NCBI GenBank assembly: GCA_964016885.1
Contig: OZ024740.1
Location: 62,682,001 to 62,746,000 of the forward strand
Direction: 5' to 3'
Source of the DNA: Eledone cirrhosa
Lineage: Eukaryota
DNA length: 64,000 bases
Shown here: positions 40,801 to 53,205 of the stretch, piece after piece
How the letters are laid out: each line of letters begins with the position of its first letter
How positions within the stretch are numbered: position 1 is the first letter of the stretch
Translations under genes and position numbers: made by a program
The notes under the pieces: model-generated
Told to the model about the DNA's origin: nothing
Seen by the model: only the letters and a program-made list of their open reading frames with translations
The model's database searches: none

Positions 40801-41308
40801 CCTGGCCTGGCAGTGCTACCGAGGAGCTCTACCGGTTCGTGACAAGATCTACAGGCACGGACGCCCTGGCACGGATCCTTCCAAGAGGACGTGTCCAAGA
40901 TGTGCGCAGGACATTGAAACAGTTCTGCACGCAATTGTACACTGCCCGGGCGTAAGCGACCTGTGGAACTATGCAGAACAACTGCTGTCGCGTATGGGAC
41001 AAATACAGTTGACTGCCGAGTCCATAGTAAGGATCAAACCGCCAGCCTCTTTCAAAAACGAAAGAGAAGCGGTTTTCCTCTGTACGGTGGCTATGGTGAA
41101 AGAAGTTATATGGTGGACGAGGTTGAGAGGACTGAGGACAGATGCCTTTCTCTCCGGACAACAATTGATTCCCTTCTTTAAGTATCACTTTAGAAGGAGA
41201 ATCAGGGTGGAGAGAGAGGCACTGCATCCCAGTAAATTTACTGAAAGGTGGGTGAATGAAGCGAAAATGGCCCGAGTGATTGGGCCTTCTCTGTTTATAA
41301 GCCTGTAG
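37862..41308 (+). CDS. Intact Tx1-type ORF2 polyprotein, 1148 aa (APE endonuclease, reverse transcriptase, C-terminal zinc finger)
   Basis: TVNVRGL, TE, VYAP, GDWN, YLDR, SDH; KSPGLDG, RPITLLN, DQSKAFDRV, RQGCPLS, YADD; CPRC..ETVLHAIVHC; no stops. Confidence 0.95.
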   Translation: MAGLRVGTVNVRGLGMPWKQGQLLNDLRSHSMDVIAITESRIHNRQQLTPIFDDFEIYASLCQPGGGGGVAVMFRKNLDVGVQQVHLDPEGRLVVLDVNSIGGGAFRLVAVYAPTGQSQSRPDFFKRLESFLGTSRSLLLVGDWNGILDARWDYVGACPSRAGCNSLKTLIGQFQLADRYRLDFPTAPQWTWVNRSGTSRSYLDRFFIRERDMDMLSCPRMHMVAYSDHKLVVCLVNRDRIHRQGPGYWKLNVSLPARKAYSERISKLVKQQLTGAIVNNRWWYSLKKAIRIESIGYSRELALEKNRIERELVAKVEEALRSGNAARVLASRTALDQFFDAKHEGCVVRSKTRALGNEGAKAVSWARVAEAKSGNKSTIRSLKDQNGRVLLDPKQMCTAFQRHFARLFEQNDGEPNGAMDFSSYLDGLPRLSNTDAEFCERPITDTEIRDALGRCGKRKSPGLDGLPYEFYIGMPDLFSGVLEAVYCNWQQNGRIPSSAGKGVVTLIRKDENKGDEINNFRPITLLNTELKILAKVLATRLALVVENLVGKAQTCAIPTRSIHDNLHLMRYIIERVGNKPGFGGALINLDQSKAFDRVDHRYLEAVLKAAGFGPVFRGWIEAMHTSICSRVKVNGYLSEPFAITRSIRQGCPLSSILYVLTLEPLLRKLELLQGTPLEPGLRKAASAYADDVTVMVSITSEIGVIGNILKEYETLTGAKLNPDKSVGLQLGTWRGKPMTSDSVVGRWTDGPVKLLGVWFGPDLQVEKNWNEVTAKVFALTQKWAECKLSLKGRAEVANTFIASVIYYRLTVVPCPREHLAKMERMLFQFLWKKQAPLVRRSVCCQHPSNGGLGMPWLMMRGHALRLRYLQVFLTDPQPVWAPFVRQAFPQLVSLTELQSWVKKRPKTMGAWHIECAQALTVLWQAGAAISGDSTSTFYRGIVCYKGDDVFGKTLGVEDDELTSLFSRTFRPGPMDNFQRSLAWQCYRGALPVRDKIYRHGRPGTDPSKRTCPRCAQDIETVLHAIVHCPGVSDLWNYAEQLLSRMGQIQLTAESIVRIKPPASFKNEREAVFLCTVAMVKEVIWWTRLRGLRTDAFLSGQQLIPFFKYHFRRRIRVEREALHPSKFTERWVNEAKMARVIGPSLFISL

Positions 41309-41544
41309 GTTGAAGAAGAGAGCAAAAGGAAGAAAGGAGCACTTGCACAACCCGCTCTTGGAGTTGAGGGTTGTTCTATTGACGGTGTATTAAACAACCC
41401 ATTTGTGGCGCCTCCTCCCTATTGGGGATTTCGATTGTTGTAATTGTTTGTTTTTATATTTTTTACACGACTGTATGTAAAATCCCCGGCATGTTTTTGT
41501 ATTGTCCCCTTTCTTGTTGCGCCCTTGTGGCTAATAAAGAAATC

Positions 41545-41637
<93 letters not shown>

Positions 41638-41784
41638 CTCTCTATATATATAATTGAGGACCGCGCGATTTCAGAGTCAGGTTTGATCACCATATCGATC
41701 GTGCCTCGAGCTGGTCGCTCGAGAAACAATTGTGATGTCCAATAAATTCCTTTCGTCGCAACACTGATTCTCTTTTTTCTGTGA

Positions 41785-41863
<79 letters not shown>

Positions 41864-42791
41864 ATAATTACGTGTAGATTCCCGATAGGTATCGGGAGGT
41901 GACCAAAGTTAATAAATGTAATCAATACCTCTGTAGAATATAGGCATCTTTATTTTATATAAAAATTACTTCTTTGAAATTGTTTCTTTTGTATGAAATC
42001 ATCAGGAATATATAATATTCAAACACACACATTCTGTCTCCGGACATATTTTATTTTTGGAGCTCAAATTTCTCATAGAAGTCTGTGACCACGTGACGCC
42101 TTCGTCAGAGGAATGCAAAAAAAGAGAGGTAAATGTTTTGTTGTTTATTTCCACAAAAGCACTGAACTCGACGGTATATGGAAACAGCCGAATTATCAAG
42201 AACTTTGTGAAAGTCCACAAAATACAGAAGAATATTTTCTAAATAATATATCTATTTTAATATGTGGTTTGATTTTATTTTCGAATGTCTCTTCGCATTA
42301 CGTGTAGCTACATTGTATTGTACTAAATCTGATTTTATTTTCATTTCCAGAGAGCCTTCTTACTAAACGTAATACCTTTTTTCATTATATGAGATCATCA
42401 TTCAAGTAATTATTTTATTGCTTATGTCCTTGCGTTATTTTAAATAGTCATTTTAAATCTACTTTTGCTCGGAAAACATTCCCCAACGAAAAAAAAGTTA
42501 GTATTGTTTTCATTGTATCGCTTTGTTTCGTAACTTATCGAATAGATAACGGATAGTCATAAAAGAACGACCGAATTGAAATGAATACTAAGCCAGGTGT
42601 AATCGATTAAACGCAAGTAAAATAAGATTTACACTCGCAGACACACACAGACGCAGCACACCATACTTACTCTGGGTAAATCAATAATGACAGGGTATTT
42701 CTTCACAGTATCAATGATACTCGATATAATTGCAGGGTGCAATATTATCAGAAAGCGCAGAAATCAATGCGAACTGATATACCTGCATGTA

Positions 42792-42888
<97 letters not shown>

Positions 42889-42911
42889 CTCACACACATA
42901 TATATATGTAT

Positions 42912-42948
<37 letters not shown>

Positions 42949-42949
<1 letters not shown>

Positions 42950-43350
42950 CTTATATATAAAGTGAAGTTGGGCGTTGTTTGTTTGTTTGTTTGGTGTCCT
43001 GAACTTGCAGGCTACACCGTTCATCCGATTATCATGAAACTTGACACATATATAAAACTCGACCTGTAGATTCGAATCGGCTACTTGAAATTTTCGAAAG
43101 AATCGTCCGATTTCGATGAAACTCGACGCAATTGTGTATTTTGATCCGGGGATGAACGTGGGCTACATTAAATTTTCGAAAAAATCGATAATTGGATCAC
43201 CAGAGGCAAAAATCAATATTTACGAAATTTGTTCGATTCCAATGAAATTTGACGTAGGTATGTATTTTGATCCGGGGATCAACTTGGGATACTTGACATT
43301 TTCAAAAAATCGATAATCAGACCCCCAGAGGCAAAAATCCGGCAACCGAA
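42949..43350 (+). mobile_element. Helitron/HINE-like 5' end with internal ~110-bp tandem units
   Basis: Starts TCTTATATATAAA, then (GTTT)n and repeated cgatt..atgaaa.t.gac...tgtattttgatccggggat units; 3' end not identified. Confidence 0.45.
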
Positions 43351-44060
43351 AAACGCCATTCTTCTTGCTTCCATTTGTCGCGACTCCCGCCATGCAAAAG
43401 ACGTTCAATCTATCAGGATTATCCACCGTAAGTCTCTTTAAATTAATGCTCACCATATTCAGCAAACCTTTTATGCCGATTCTTCCATTTCTTATATAAG
43501 GACTATCAAGACTATACCGCCGCGCATCAACCTGTATTGCGCCCAGTCTTCTCAAGTGATCATCGAGCCTCCATGCGCTCTCTTCATTCCCGTGGTCCCA
43601 CTACCGTAGCATAATGAGGCATCCGTCAACCCCTGCCCTCTACCTTCCCTGCACGCCGTCGTCCCACTGCATCGTCATGCCTACCATGCCACATTACTGC
43701 CCTGTCGGCCACCATCCCTCCTCAGCCCTTTCTTTTGCCTGTCCGCCGTGTTCCTTCAAGACTTCCATGCCTAACCAAGCCGCATCCCTGCCACCATCAA
43801 GTCCTGCCCTCTCCCTTTCCTGCACGCCGTCGCCCCACTGCATCGTCATACTGCCAATCCCGATACTGCCAATCCACGACCCTACAAATAGATTATAATA
43901 ATAAAAACAAACACGTTTTCGATAAGGTTAACCTGATAAATGATAATACTGAGCATAATATTCTTCTCAATGATAGTAGTCGAAATCTGATTGTCTAATA
44001 TATCAAAGCAATTTCTTATATTATACATAAGAGTTTCCCACATGACTATAGATACGATAC

Positions 44061-44614
44061 GTTTGGAAAAAATTGAAAAATTGTTCGAGAGCTGAGATTA
44101 AGTGTAAATAAATCCTTTATTTAAATGAGTTAGAAGTGGTACCTATATAATAGTTGTTAATTAAAATACAATTAAACTTCCATTCTGCACTTAGCAGATT
44201 ATATATCCTTTAGTAACTACGGGTAAATGTCTCGTTGATTACACTATCAGTACAAGCAAATTTATATTAAGTAACCCATTAGTTAATTTAGATATAAAAA
44301 CCCCAAAAGACTACATGGTAAATTTAATAACAATATAGAATCTAACTCTACCCTTAACTGGTCTAACCAAGATAAGAAACCTCGAATAGCTACAAATATT
44401 AAAAGAAGTAATTTAGAGTGTCATTGAAGAATCTCTTACCATTGCTTCATTACGGAGAATATAGTATATAAATATACAGTCATCACTATATATGGTAGAA
44501 ACTATTAGGTACCACTTCTAACACATTTAATAAAGGATTTATTTACACTTAATCTCGAGTCTAGAACAATCTTTCCCTTGCCCCACTAACTAATTTTTCA
44601 ATTTTTTTCCAAAC
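44061..44614 (+). repeat. Degenerate inverted repeat (~95-bp arms) with a decayed hammerhead-like core in the spacer
   Basis: 44061-44155 vs 44499-44614; TTGAAGA..GAAAC tattag GTA at ~44424-44511. Confidence 0.6.
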
Positions 44615-45669
44615 TCCCCGCCCTTATTCCAACCATCACCCCCACCCCCCGCTTATTAAATTTTGCTAGTCTATCTCTGGCAAAATTTTATTTTAAGTGG
44701 TAGTATTCCTGCGACAATCAATTTTCATTAGATGTTAAAAAACATTATACTTAACAAAAAAAGAATATTACAAGAAATCCCATACATTATAAAATAAATG
44801 AGATGGGTTGGGGGTTTCAATATGTAAAATAAACGGTTTTAAAAAGTCAAGGGAGATAACCTAAAACAATTACCGATCTTCCAACCCCCTCACTTATTCC
44901 AGCCCCTACCCCTATTATTTGAGACCCGAGAATACATTCGTTTCAGAATGAAAATAAAGTATTAATTCACTTGCTCAATTTATTTGGGATTTACGTAGTT
45001 CCAATATTCAATATAGCCTTCAGTGGTCAATTATTAATACAGCCATACCTCACAAATGTGGCGGGTCTGAATGTAATTTGTGCTTAACTGAGGCCCTAGG
45101 AATAACTATGAGTGATTATAAACTTTTAAATCGGAAGAATGAGACGATTATTTCATGCGCGCATAAGTTTCTTTTTTCTATCTCCAGAATGATCTATGAT
45201 CCAAATATGCATCACGTTTTTGTCTACTAATGAGAATTAAGTCACATCTTGAAACGATCTGGTCGTCATTCCACAATTTTTTAAGACTAAACTCCATGAA
45301 AATGTCTTCCCCTTCCCACTTGTGTTTGACATTTGACTATAGTATACTTTATGAATTTTTACATCCCTTGGTTTAATATATTATTGTGAAGACTATGGTT
45401 TTCTTTTTAATTACTTTATCGCTCATCGTAAATATTTGATATAGCCATAATTGTTTATTTTCATTTGTATATGGATTCTCATTATAAGCACATAGTTGCA
45501 GTTTGATTAATATTTACTTATTCTTTATCTTTTTTAATTAATTTACTTTTTATTTAATTTTTAAACGGTTTAAATGTCTACATGAATATACACACTGATT
45601 ATTTATTCCTACAAACACGCCATATTTAAATTTAACTTATACCTCAGTTGCCTAACTTTATGCTACATA

Positions 45670-45713
<44 letters not shown>

Positions 45714-45851
45714 TATATATATATATATATCATGTAAACCCACTCTTGACTGATGCAGGTCATATGTAAAACACATGTAAAAGATTAATTAATAAATTAA
45801 ATAAAAAACACCCCCGAAGCTTCTGATAATTCTGTCATTCTCTGATTGCAA

Positions 45852-45895
<44 letters not shown>

Positions 45896-45945
45896 GCCCA
45901 TCCTCTCTCTCTCTCTCCCTCTATCTCTCTCGCTCTCTCCCCCCC

Positions 45946-45999
<54 letters not shown>

Positions 46000-47962
46000 C
46001 GATCCCTTCATTGAACATTGCACGATCATGTGCACGTAGGTGAGGTTTCAGGCCAGCTTTTGTTTTGCAGGTACATTCACAGAGGTGAAACTCGAACTGC
46101 TGCAATACCAACTGGGGTGTGTCCACTAGCTGACTAGCAAATTAAGCCATACTCACTGCAAATGTACCATGGAGTGTGTGGCAGTAGAACCATCTCACGG
46201 TGGCTCGATTTCTCCCTGGCTCCTGTGATTTCAGATGGATAACCAAACTAGCTCTTGTTAGAAGAAATCGGCCCAATACATTGCACCTCAATTCCTGCTG
46301 GATTTTTGCACTGCACTTGAGTCCCGCTTACGAAGTGAACGCTTCAAAGCAGCATTTTCCGCTCGCTTTTTCTCAAAGACATCACATCCATATTTGATGA
46401 CCTGTCTCCATGACGTACGGCCTTCAGCCAGTCTATCCCAGTTTTCCATATCAATCTTCAGAGCTTTAAGATTGTCTTTTATGACATCCTTAAACCGTTT
46501 CTTTGGTTTATGCTGAGACATCTTTCCTCTGATCAGCTCCCCATAAAATAACTGTTTAGGCAACCTTCCAGCTTCCATCCTGATCACATGACCAGCCCAA
46601 TACATCAGGTTCATAATAATCCCCTCCTCAATACCGGTGCTACCCGCTTTCTCAAGTACCGCAGCATCATATGGGTAAAAGGACCACTTGATGTTCCGGA
46701 TGCGTCGGATACAATGTTGTTGACATTTTTCCAACTGTCTGGTATGATGCTTGAAATTTGCATCCGTATAGCAGGCTGTAAGAATACAGGCCTCATACAC
46801 AGAGCTTTGTGTTTCTCGTGATATCCAGATTTGACCAAACTCGCTTCTCAAGCTTCCCGAAAGTAAGACTCGCTTTCGCAATCCTGTGATCTATTTCAGC
46901 ATCCAGAGTACCATCTCTACTTCCGAGATACATAAATCTGTCTACCACCTCAAGTCTTTTTCTTCTCACGAAAATGTCTGTCTCCGCTTACATTTTCCCA
47001 ACTGGTGGAGTGTACATGACCTTTGTCTTTTTTAGACTAATATTTAGCCCAAACACAGTGCATGCATTGGAGAAGTTGTCCAATATCAACTTCACGTCCT
47101 CTTCTGTGTGAGCCACAGAAGTTTCATCATTAGCATAAAGGAACTCCTTAACAAGACTGCCAAATTTTTTGGACTTGGTGTTAAACCGTCTTAGATTAAA
47201 AACTTTGCCAGAGGTTCTAAGTCGCAAGTATACACCTATTTCGAAATCGGGGGGGGGGGGGGGGGGGGGCATATGTCAGCAGAACGGCAAAGTAGATTGA
47301 GAACAGAGTGAGTGAAAGAAAGCCACCCTGCTTGACAACTTTTCCCACTGAAATTGGCCCTGAAAGTGTCCCATGGAAGTTCACAGAGATGATGAATGAT
47401 CCAACCTTTCATGAAATAAGGTTTACTATCAAAGAGATAAACGTATTGAAAGCTCCACGTTTGGATTAAATACCTGTTGAATTGATTCGATTTGGAGGAG
47501 ACAATATTGTTGTGGCCAATCATGAACTAGTCTTACCTGTATGGCTTGGTGAGCCTGTCCCGCAAGATTTTGCTCACGATTTACAAGGGCAAGGGCTCCA
47601 AGTCCAAATTGCAGTGATTATCATGGTATAAGTCTGTTCGAATCGGTAGGAAAAGTCTTATCCGAGGTCTTGCTGAATTGTCTAATAAAATGGATCTGCT
47701 CTGGTGCTATCGCTGGGATCCAGTGTGGATTCAGACCTGGGCGGGGTTCTATGGATTTTCTCGATCCGTTAGCTTATGGAGAAGTGTGTTGAGCAGCAAA
47801 TGCCACTATATCAAGTATTTGTGGACCTTACCAAACTCTATGATACTGTTAATCGTAGTGCATTGTGGGTCATATTGGGGAGACTTGGATGCCCTCATGA
47901 GTTTGTTGGAATATTCAGAAAACTCCATCAAAATATGAAAGCAAAAATGAACTTCAATGGAT
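46000..47962 (-). mobile_element. RTE (BovB-type) LINE with an inverted 5' segment
   Basis: Minus strand 46000-47247 (GKVFNLRR, FLYAND, WAGHVIRM..LPKQLFYGEL); plus strand 47540-47962 is an earlier RT part (FVDLTKLYDTVNR..LGCP). Confidence 0.8.
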
Positions 47963-47971
47963 CTCTCTCTC

Positions 47972-48038
<67 letters not shown>

Positions 48039-48099
48039 TCTTACTAACTCTTACTCCCTTACTACTGTGGTTTGTGTTAGGAAGGGCATCCAGCTGTAA

Positions 48100-48200
48100 A
48101 AAAATTGCGCAAGTTTGCGCCTCCCCAACCAAATCCTCGATGACAAGCGCCAACCTCTTCGCTAACACATTGACCAAAATCTTCAGAGCAAAAGCGTTAC
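48100..48200 (-). mobile_element. Tiny Tx1 RT fragment
   Basis: KILVNVLAKRLALVIEDLVGEAQTCAI is near-identical to ORF2 of copies 1, 2 and 4. Confidence 0.75.
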
Positions 48201-48228
48201 GAATAATGATGATGATGATGATAATAAT

Positions 48229-48445
48229 GGTTTCTACTTTAGGCACTAGATCAACAATTTGAGGGGTGGGGAAAGTCGATTAAATCGACCCTAGTGCATT
48301 ACTGGTGCTTTATTTTATCTACTCTGTAAGGATGAAAGGCAAAGCTAACTCTAGCAAGATTTGAACACAGAACGCAAAGAGCCGTAACTCTATGCTCCAA
48401 AGCATGTTGTCCGACGCTCTACCGATATGGCTAACGAACCACTTA
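48229..48445 (-). mobile_element. tRNA-SINE (long form, diverged)
   Basis: Reverse-complement match to 642-859. Confidence 0.8.
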
Positions 48446-48449
48446 AGCT

Positions 48450-50600
48450 TTGGGTGTAAAAGTTTTAGCACTAGTTGAGTATAAATCAAAGCATAATAGA
48501 GTTGACATATCTACACTAGTTAATATGTCGGCATCATAAAATCAAAAGTGCTGACAAGTGGCATGAACATAATGCTAAGGCTGTAACTGAGGGAGAAAAT
48601 TTAACGATTCGTTGGGACTTTCCTGGGCACACAGACAGATCCGGATATTATTGTAAAATACCAAAATAACAAACTCTGTTGATTGTTATGAGAATCCCAC
48701 GTTATCACAATATTGTGGCAAAAGAATTTGACAAGCTCGGAAATCCCAAAAATCTGCCCATTGAAATTGAAAAAATGCGGCCACTCAAGATGGTTACAAT
48801 ACTACTGTAGGAGTACTAGGAATAATAAAAAAAAGAACCAACATTTATTTTAGAATGATCCCTGTCTTACCGTCACTCTAAGAAGTGCAAAAAATTGTTT
48901 TAACTGGTACAGCACACATATTGAGAAGAGCACCATCGCTGTGAAAATGATAATCATCTATGTAATGTTTTTAACTTTTCTTTAATTATATTCCATAATT
49001 ATGTAAGTTGTAAATCAATTACTCTTATACTATTGATTATAACAGATAATGTTCACATGTATAAAGCAAATGACATACTTGTAACCGTGTCAAGTGCTTG
49101 ACAATCTAGTGTATTTATTTTTGTGACTTATCAATGTATGCAGTGAGTTTCTTCACCTTAGGTGTCGGGAAGACACTCGGCAAGAAATGGAAACCTTAGA
49201 AAATTAAAAAGAAAATACAATATAAAATCAACAAGTGACATAAACATGATGATAGAAACAATCAATCAAAAAGTGTCGGCCAAAGCTGCTCGTATAAGGC
49301 GCTTTGAAAAACGCTCCAGATTCTATAGGGACAATAATATGTTCAAAAACAACCCCGCCAAAAATACTTTTACAGAAAAATTGGCAAGTCAACAATAACT
49401 TCTATATCAATACCACCCAAAGAAGAAGTGCAAGAATTCTGGAAAAAGATCTGGGCTGAAGAGAAAGTTCATAATATACATGTTTCATGGATAGACAGAC
49501 AAATGAAAGATACAGCTCACCTTGAGGAACACACATGGGAAAATATAACATTTGAACATCTGCGTTTAACTCTTAGAAAATCCATCAAATGGAAATCTCC
49601 AAGGAAAGAAAAAATACCAAATTTTAGGATAAATCTTTACATACTCTCATGAGCTCTTAGCCCAACTTCACAATGAAATGGTTAAGGAGCCAGAAAAGAT
49701 ACCGCCATGGCTAGTTAATGGCATTACTTTCTTACTGCCGAAGAATGATGAGACAAATAATCCAAAAAATTACAGATGATAACTTGCGTGACCCCAATGT
49801 ATAAAATCTTAACATCAATCCTAACTGAATACACATATGATCATCTCATTTAAATAATGTATTTCTCAATGAACAGAAAGGATGTAAACGAGGCTCATAT
49901 GGCTGTAAGGATCAGCTTTTGATTAACAAAATGATTCTTGAAGATTGTCATAATAGACACAAAAATCTATCAATTGCTTGGATAGATTACAATAAAGCAT
50001 TTGATAGTTTGCCGCACAGTTGGATCGAAAAGTGTTTATCTCCCGTTGTCAGGAGGTTCCTGTCATTCAAAAGCATGGAAAACGACACTCATTTTGAACA
50101 ATGAAAAAAAAAAATCACTTGAAGCTGGAGAAGTTGATATTAATTGTGGATTTTTTCAGGGTGACTCTTTACCACCGCTTTTATTCTGTATCGCACTTAT
50201 ACCATTAAGTAAAATGCTCAATAAAACAAAACATGGATATAAAGTCTATGAGAAAACCCTTAATTATTTGTTCTACATGAATGACCTGAAGCTATTTGCA
50301 AAAAATGATAAGCAATTGCAAGGGCTATTAACCACTGTGAAGCAGTTCAGTGATGATATTAAAAGGGAGTTTGGACTAGATAAATGCACCAAATGTTCAT
50401 CAGAGGAAAGCTGCTAAAAGTTCAGTCATTAATCTTGATCGGGGGAATGTGATAAGAGAACTTGATCAAGAAAAAACGTATAAATATCTAGGTGTTTGTG
50501 AAGGAGACGGAATCAAGCACTCGACAATGAGGGAAAGGATAAGGAAGGAATGTTACTCAGAGCAAGAGCAATCTTAAGATCGGAGATAATTGGGCGCGTA
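48450..50600 (+). mobile_element. Decayed R4/Dong-like segments: RLE/3'UTR piece followed by an RT piece
   Basis: 48450-49190 RLE-type remnants; 49190-50600 [45 protein letters not shown]. Confidence 0.8.
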
Positions 50601-50629
50601 TTTCTTTGAATGTATATGAGCCAGTATGT

Positions 50630-50668
<39 letters not shown>

Positions 50669-51373
50669 GATGTGTGTGTGTGTGTGTGTGTGCGCGTGTG
50701 TGTGTACGTGTGTATGTGTACGTGTGTGTACGTGCACCTACTGTAGGGTAAGGGCTTGTTTGTATGTGCATTTATGTGTCTGTACATATATATATATATA
50801 TGTGTTTGGGAGCGAGTCTGTCTTTGTGCCTCTATATACGGACACGTGTGTGTATATGCGTGTGCATGTCTATGTATATGTATGTACGTGTTTGTGTATA
50901 TGAGTAGATATACGCGTACGCATGTGTGTGTGTCCATGTATGCGTGTGCGTGTGTGTGTGTGAGAGCTGATGTATGCGGGCATGTAGGCAGGCGTCTGTG
51001 GACGCGTATGTTGTTAGTTATATGGTTGTGGCGTGTGTGTGTGTATATATATATAGGTACATATATATATATATATAGGTATATATATATATATATATAT
51101 GTATATTTATATGTATGGGTATATGTGTATGTATGTGGGTATATGTGTATATATGTATGTGAGTGGACTTGTGAAATACCAAACCCAGCAAGAATTCATT
51201 GAAGTGTGTCAGGCGGTAGCTGATGGACAGTTTGACAGCAACTATTGGCCAGAATTTATGATGACGTAGAAAAACAACAGCCAACAGCTGTCTGCCGGCG
51301 AAACAATTGTAACACACAATAAATTGAGTCCAGATGCATCACTGATTTTTCGTTTTATATTATATATATATAT

Positions 51374-52189
51374 CATGAAATCCACCAGCTTATGCTGACC
51401 GGATAACCATGTTGCTTGTTTATTTTCCTATCTTCGGTTTGCTTTTATCCTTCTATGTTGTTTACTTGTCTCACTCGCTTTACCCGATTTACTTGTCCCA
51501 ATAGCTTTCTTTAGTTATTGCTCGCACCAACCTGAGGTATATGATTTTTAATGCGATGAAATATCAATGATGGTTGGCAAATCACTGACGAGGGACTAAT
51601 TTTATCATATGTAACCCATGTGCAACCACGCAGTATTCTTCTTTCTTCTCGTGTTTTTTATACATATTTACCTCGGCTGCGTTTGTCCGTTTCTCTCTTA
51701 CTGCTTCCCCTTTCTCTCTGTTTCTCTCACCGTCTTTCGCCCCCTCTGTCAGTTACACTTTCTCTCGACTGACCTCTTCCTCGCACTTCCACTCACTCAC
51801 TCTCTGTTTCTCCCCTTCTCACTTCCTCCCGTTTGGCTAGTAGTGGGGTCTTTTCTTGCTCACATCTCACTCACGTAGGACGGTCTGTTTCTTGATCGCT
51901 CATGAAATCCACCCAGCTTATGCTGACCGGATAACCATGTTGCTTGTTTATTTTCCTATCTTCGGTTTGCTTTTATTCTTCTATGTTGTTTACTTGTCTC
52001 ACTCGCTTTACGCGATTTACTTGTCCCAATAGCTTTTTTTAGTTATTGCTCGCACCAACCTGAGGTATCTGATTTTTAATGCGATGAAATATCAATGATG
52101 GTTGGCAAATCACTGACGAGGGACTAATTTTGTCATATGTAACCCATGTGCAACCACGCAGTATTCTTCTTTCTTCTCATGTTTTTTAT

Positions 52190-52190
<1 letters not shown>
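51374..52190 (+). mobile_element. Partial tandem repeat (~527-bp unit, ~1.5 copies) between microsatellites; third copy at ~60620-61110 (minus)
   Basis: catgaaatccac(c)cagcttatgctgaccgg.. at 51374 and 51901; reverse complement at ~60620-60915. Confidence 0.8.
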
Positions 52191-52257
<67 letters not shown>

Positions 52258-52409
52258 TATATCATAGATTGAGTTAGAAATTCAAAATAGTCTTTTACAA
52301 TTAAATAGCTCAAAGAAGGGAATCTCTCCTAGCCGTGTAATATAATTGAATATATTGAACACATGTATACTTACATCTGTGTTCATCCATCTGATATATT
52401 CAATTATAT

Positions 52410-52444
<35 letters not shown>

Positions 52445-52589
52445 AATGTAATCTGAGTTTTTCGAATATTAATAATAATATTCGATTCGTTTGCAATTAT
52501 GCAAACAGCCTCTTTAAGCCATGTCAGTAGAATGACACCATGTCAGTAGAATGACACATTCTTGCTCTTTTGTTGACATATAAACAGAA

Positions 52590-52634
52590 CGGCAGACACT
52601 AATGTTTCTGGGTGATTACCCTTCATCAATACAG
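52590..52634 (-). ncRNA. Degenerate minimal hammerhead (U3-G8)
   Basis: Minus strand: ctgta-TTGATGA-aGGGT aatc ACCCa-GAAAC attagt GTC-tgcc. Confidence 0.45.
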
Positions 52635-53042
52635 TATACTGCTTATCTGCCAACTGTCAGAGCTAGTGAAAATATATGACATTTTCAGCAATATACAGTC
52701 ACTGATCGGCCTGATTTGGATATTAGCAGACTGATTGATCAGTCAGATCTGCATATTAGCAGACCCAATGATCAGCCGGATTTGCATATCAGTAGATAGG
52801 CGAGTCAGTTTCATGTATACGAGCAATTAATGGCCGGCTTTATAGACTATTCGTTATATATATATTATATATATATAATATATATATACAGAAGTGGTAA
52901 CACAACAGTTAGTTCTCCATATCGAGAACAATTGTTTCACCTTAGCGGATCTTCAGCTCGTGAACTGTTAAGTTACCACTTCTACCTAACTCGTCCCATA
53001 GAATGAGTGCTTTACCACTACGGATATTGCCTTCCATTGTTC

Positions 53043-53149
<107 letters not shown>

Positions 53150-53150
53150 G

Positions 53151-53202
<52 letters not shown>

Positions 53203-53205
<3 letters not shown>

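Noticed and set aside
42020-42115. Minus-strand hammerhead (CTGACGA AGG..CC GGAGAC)
   Set aside because: GAAA is mutated and stem III/cleavage triplet is missing; at most a dead remnant
42341-42410. Possible opsin exon 2 (ttccag|AGAGCCTT.., SLLTKRNTFF)
   Set aside because: Wrong phase for the phase-2 donor (stop after 4 codons) and no TM2 motif
43220-43998. Captured host gene fragment in the Helitron-like region
   Set aside because: No recognisable domain or splice sites; partly short tandem repeats
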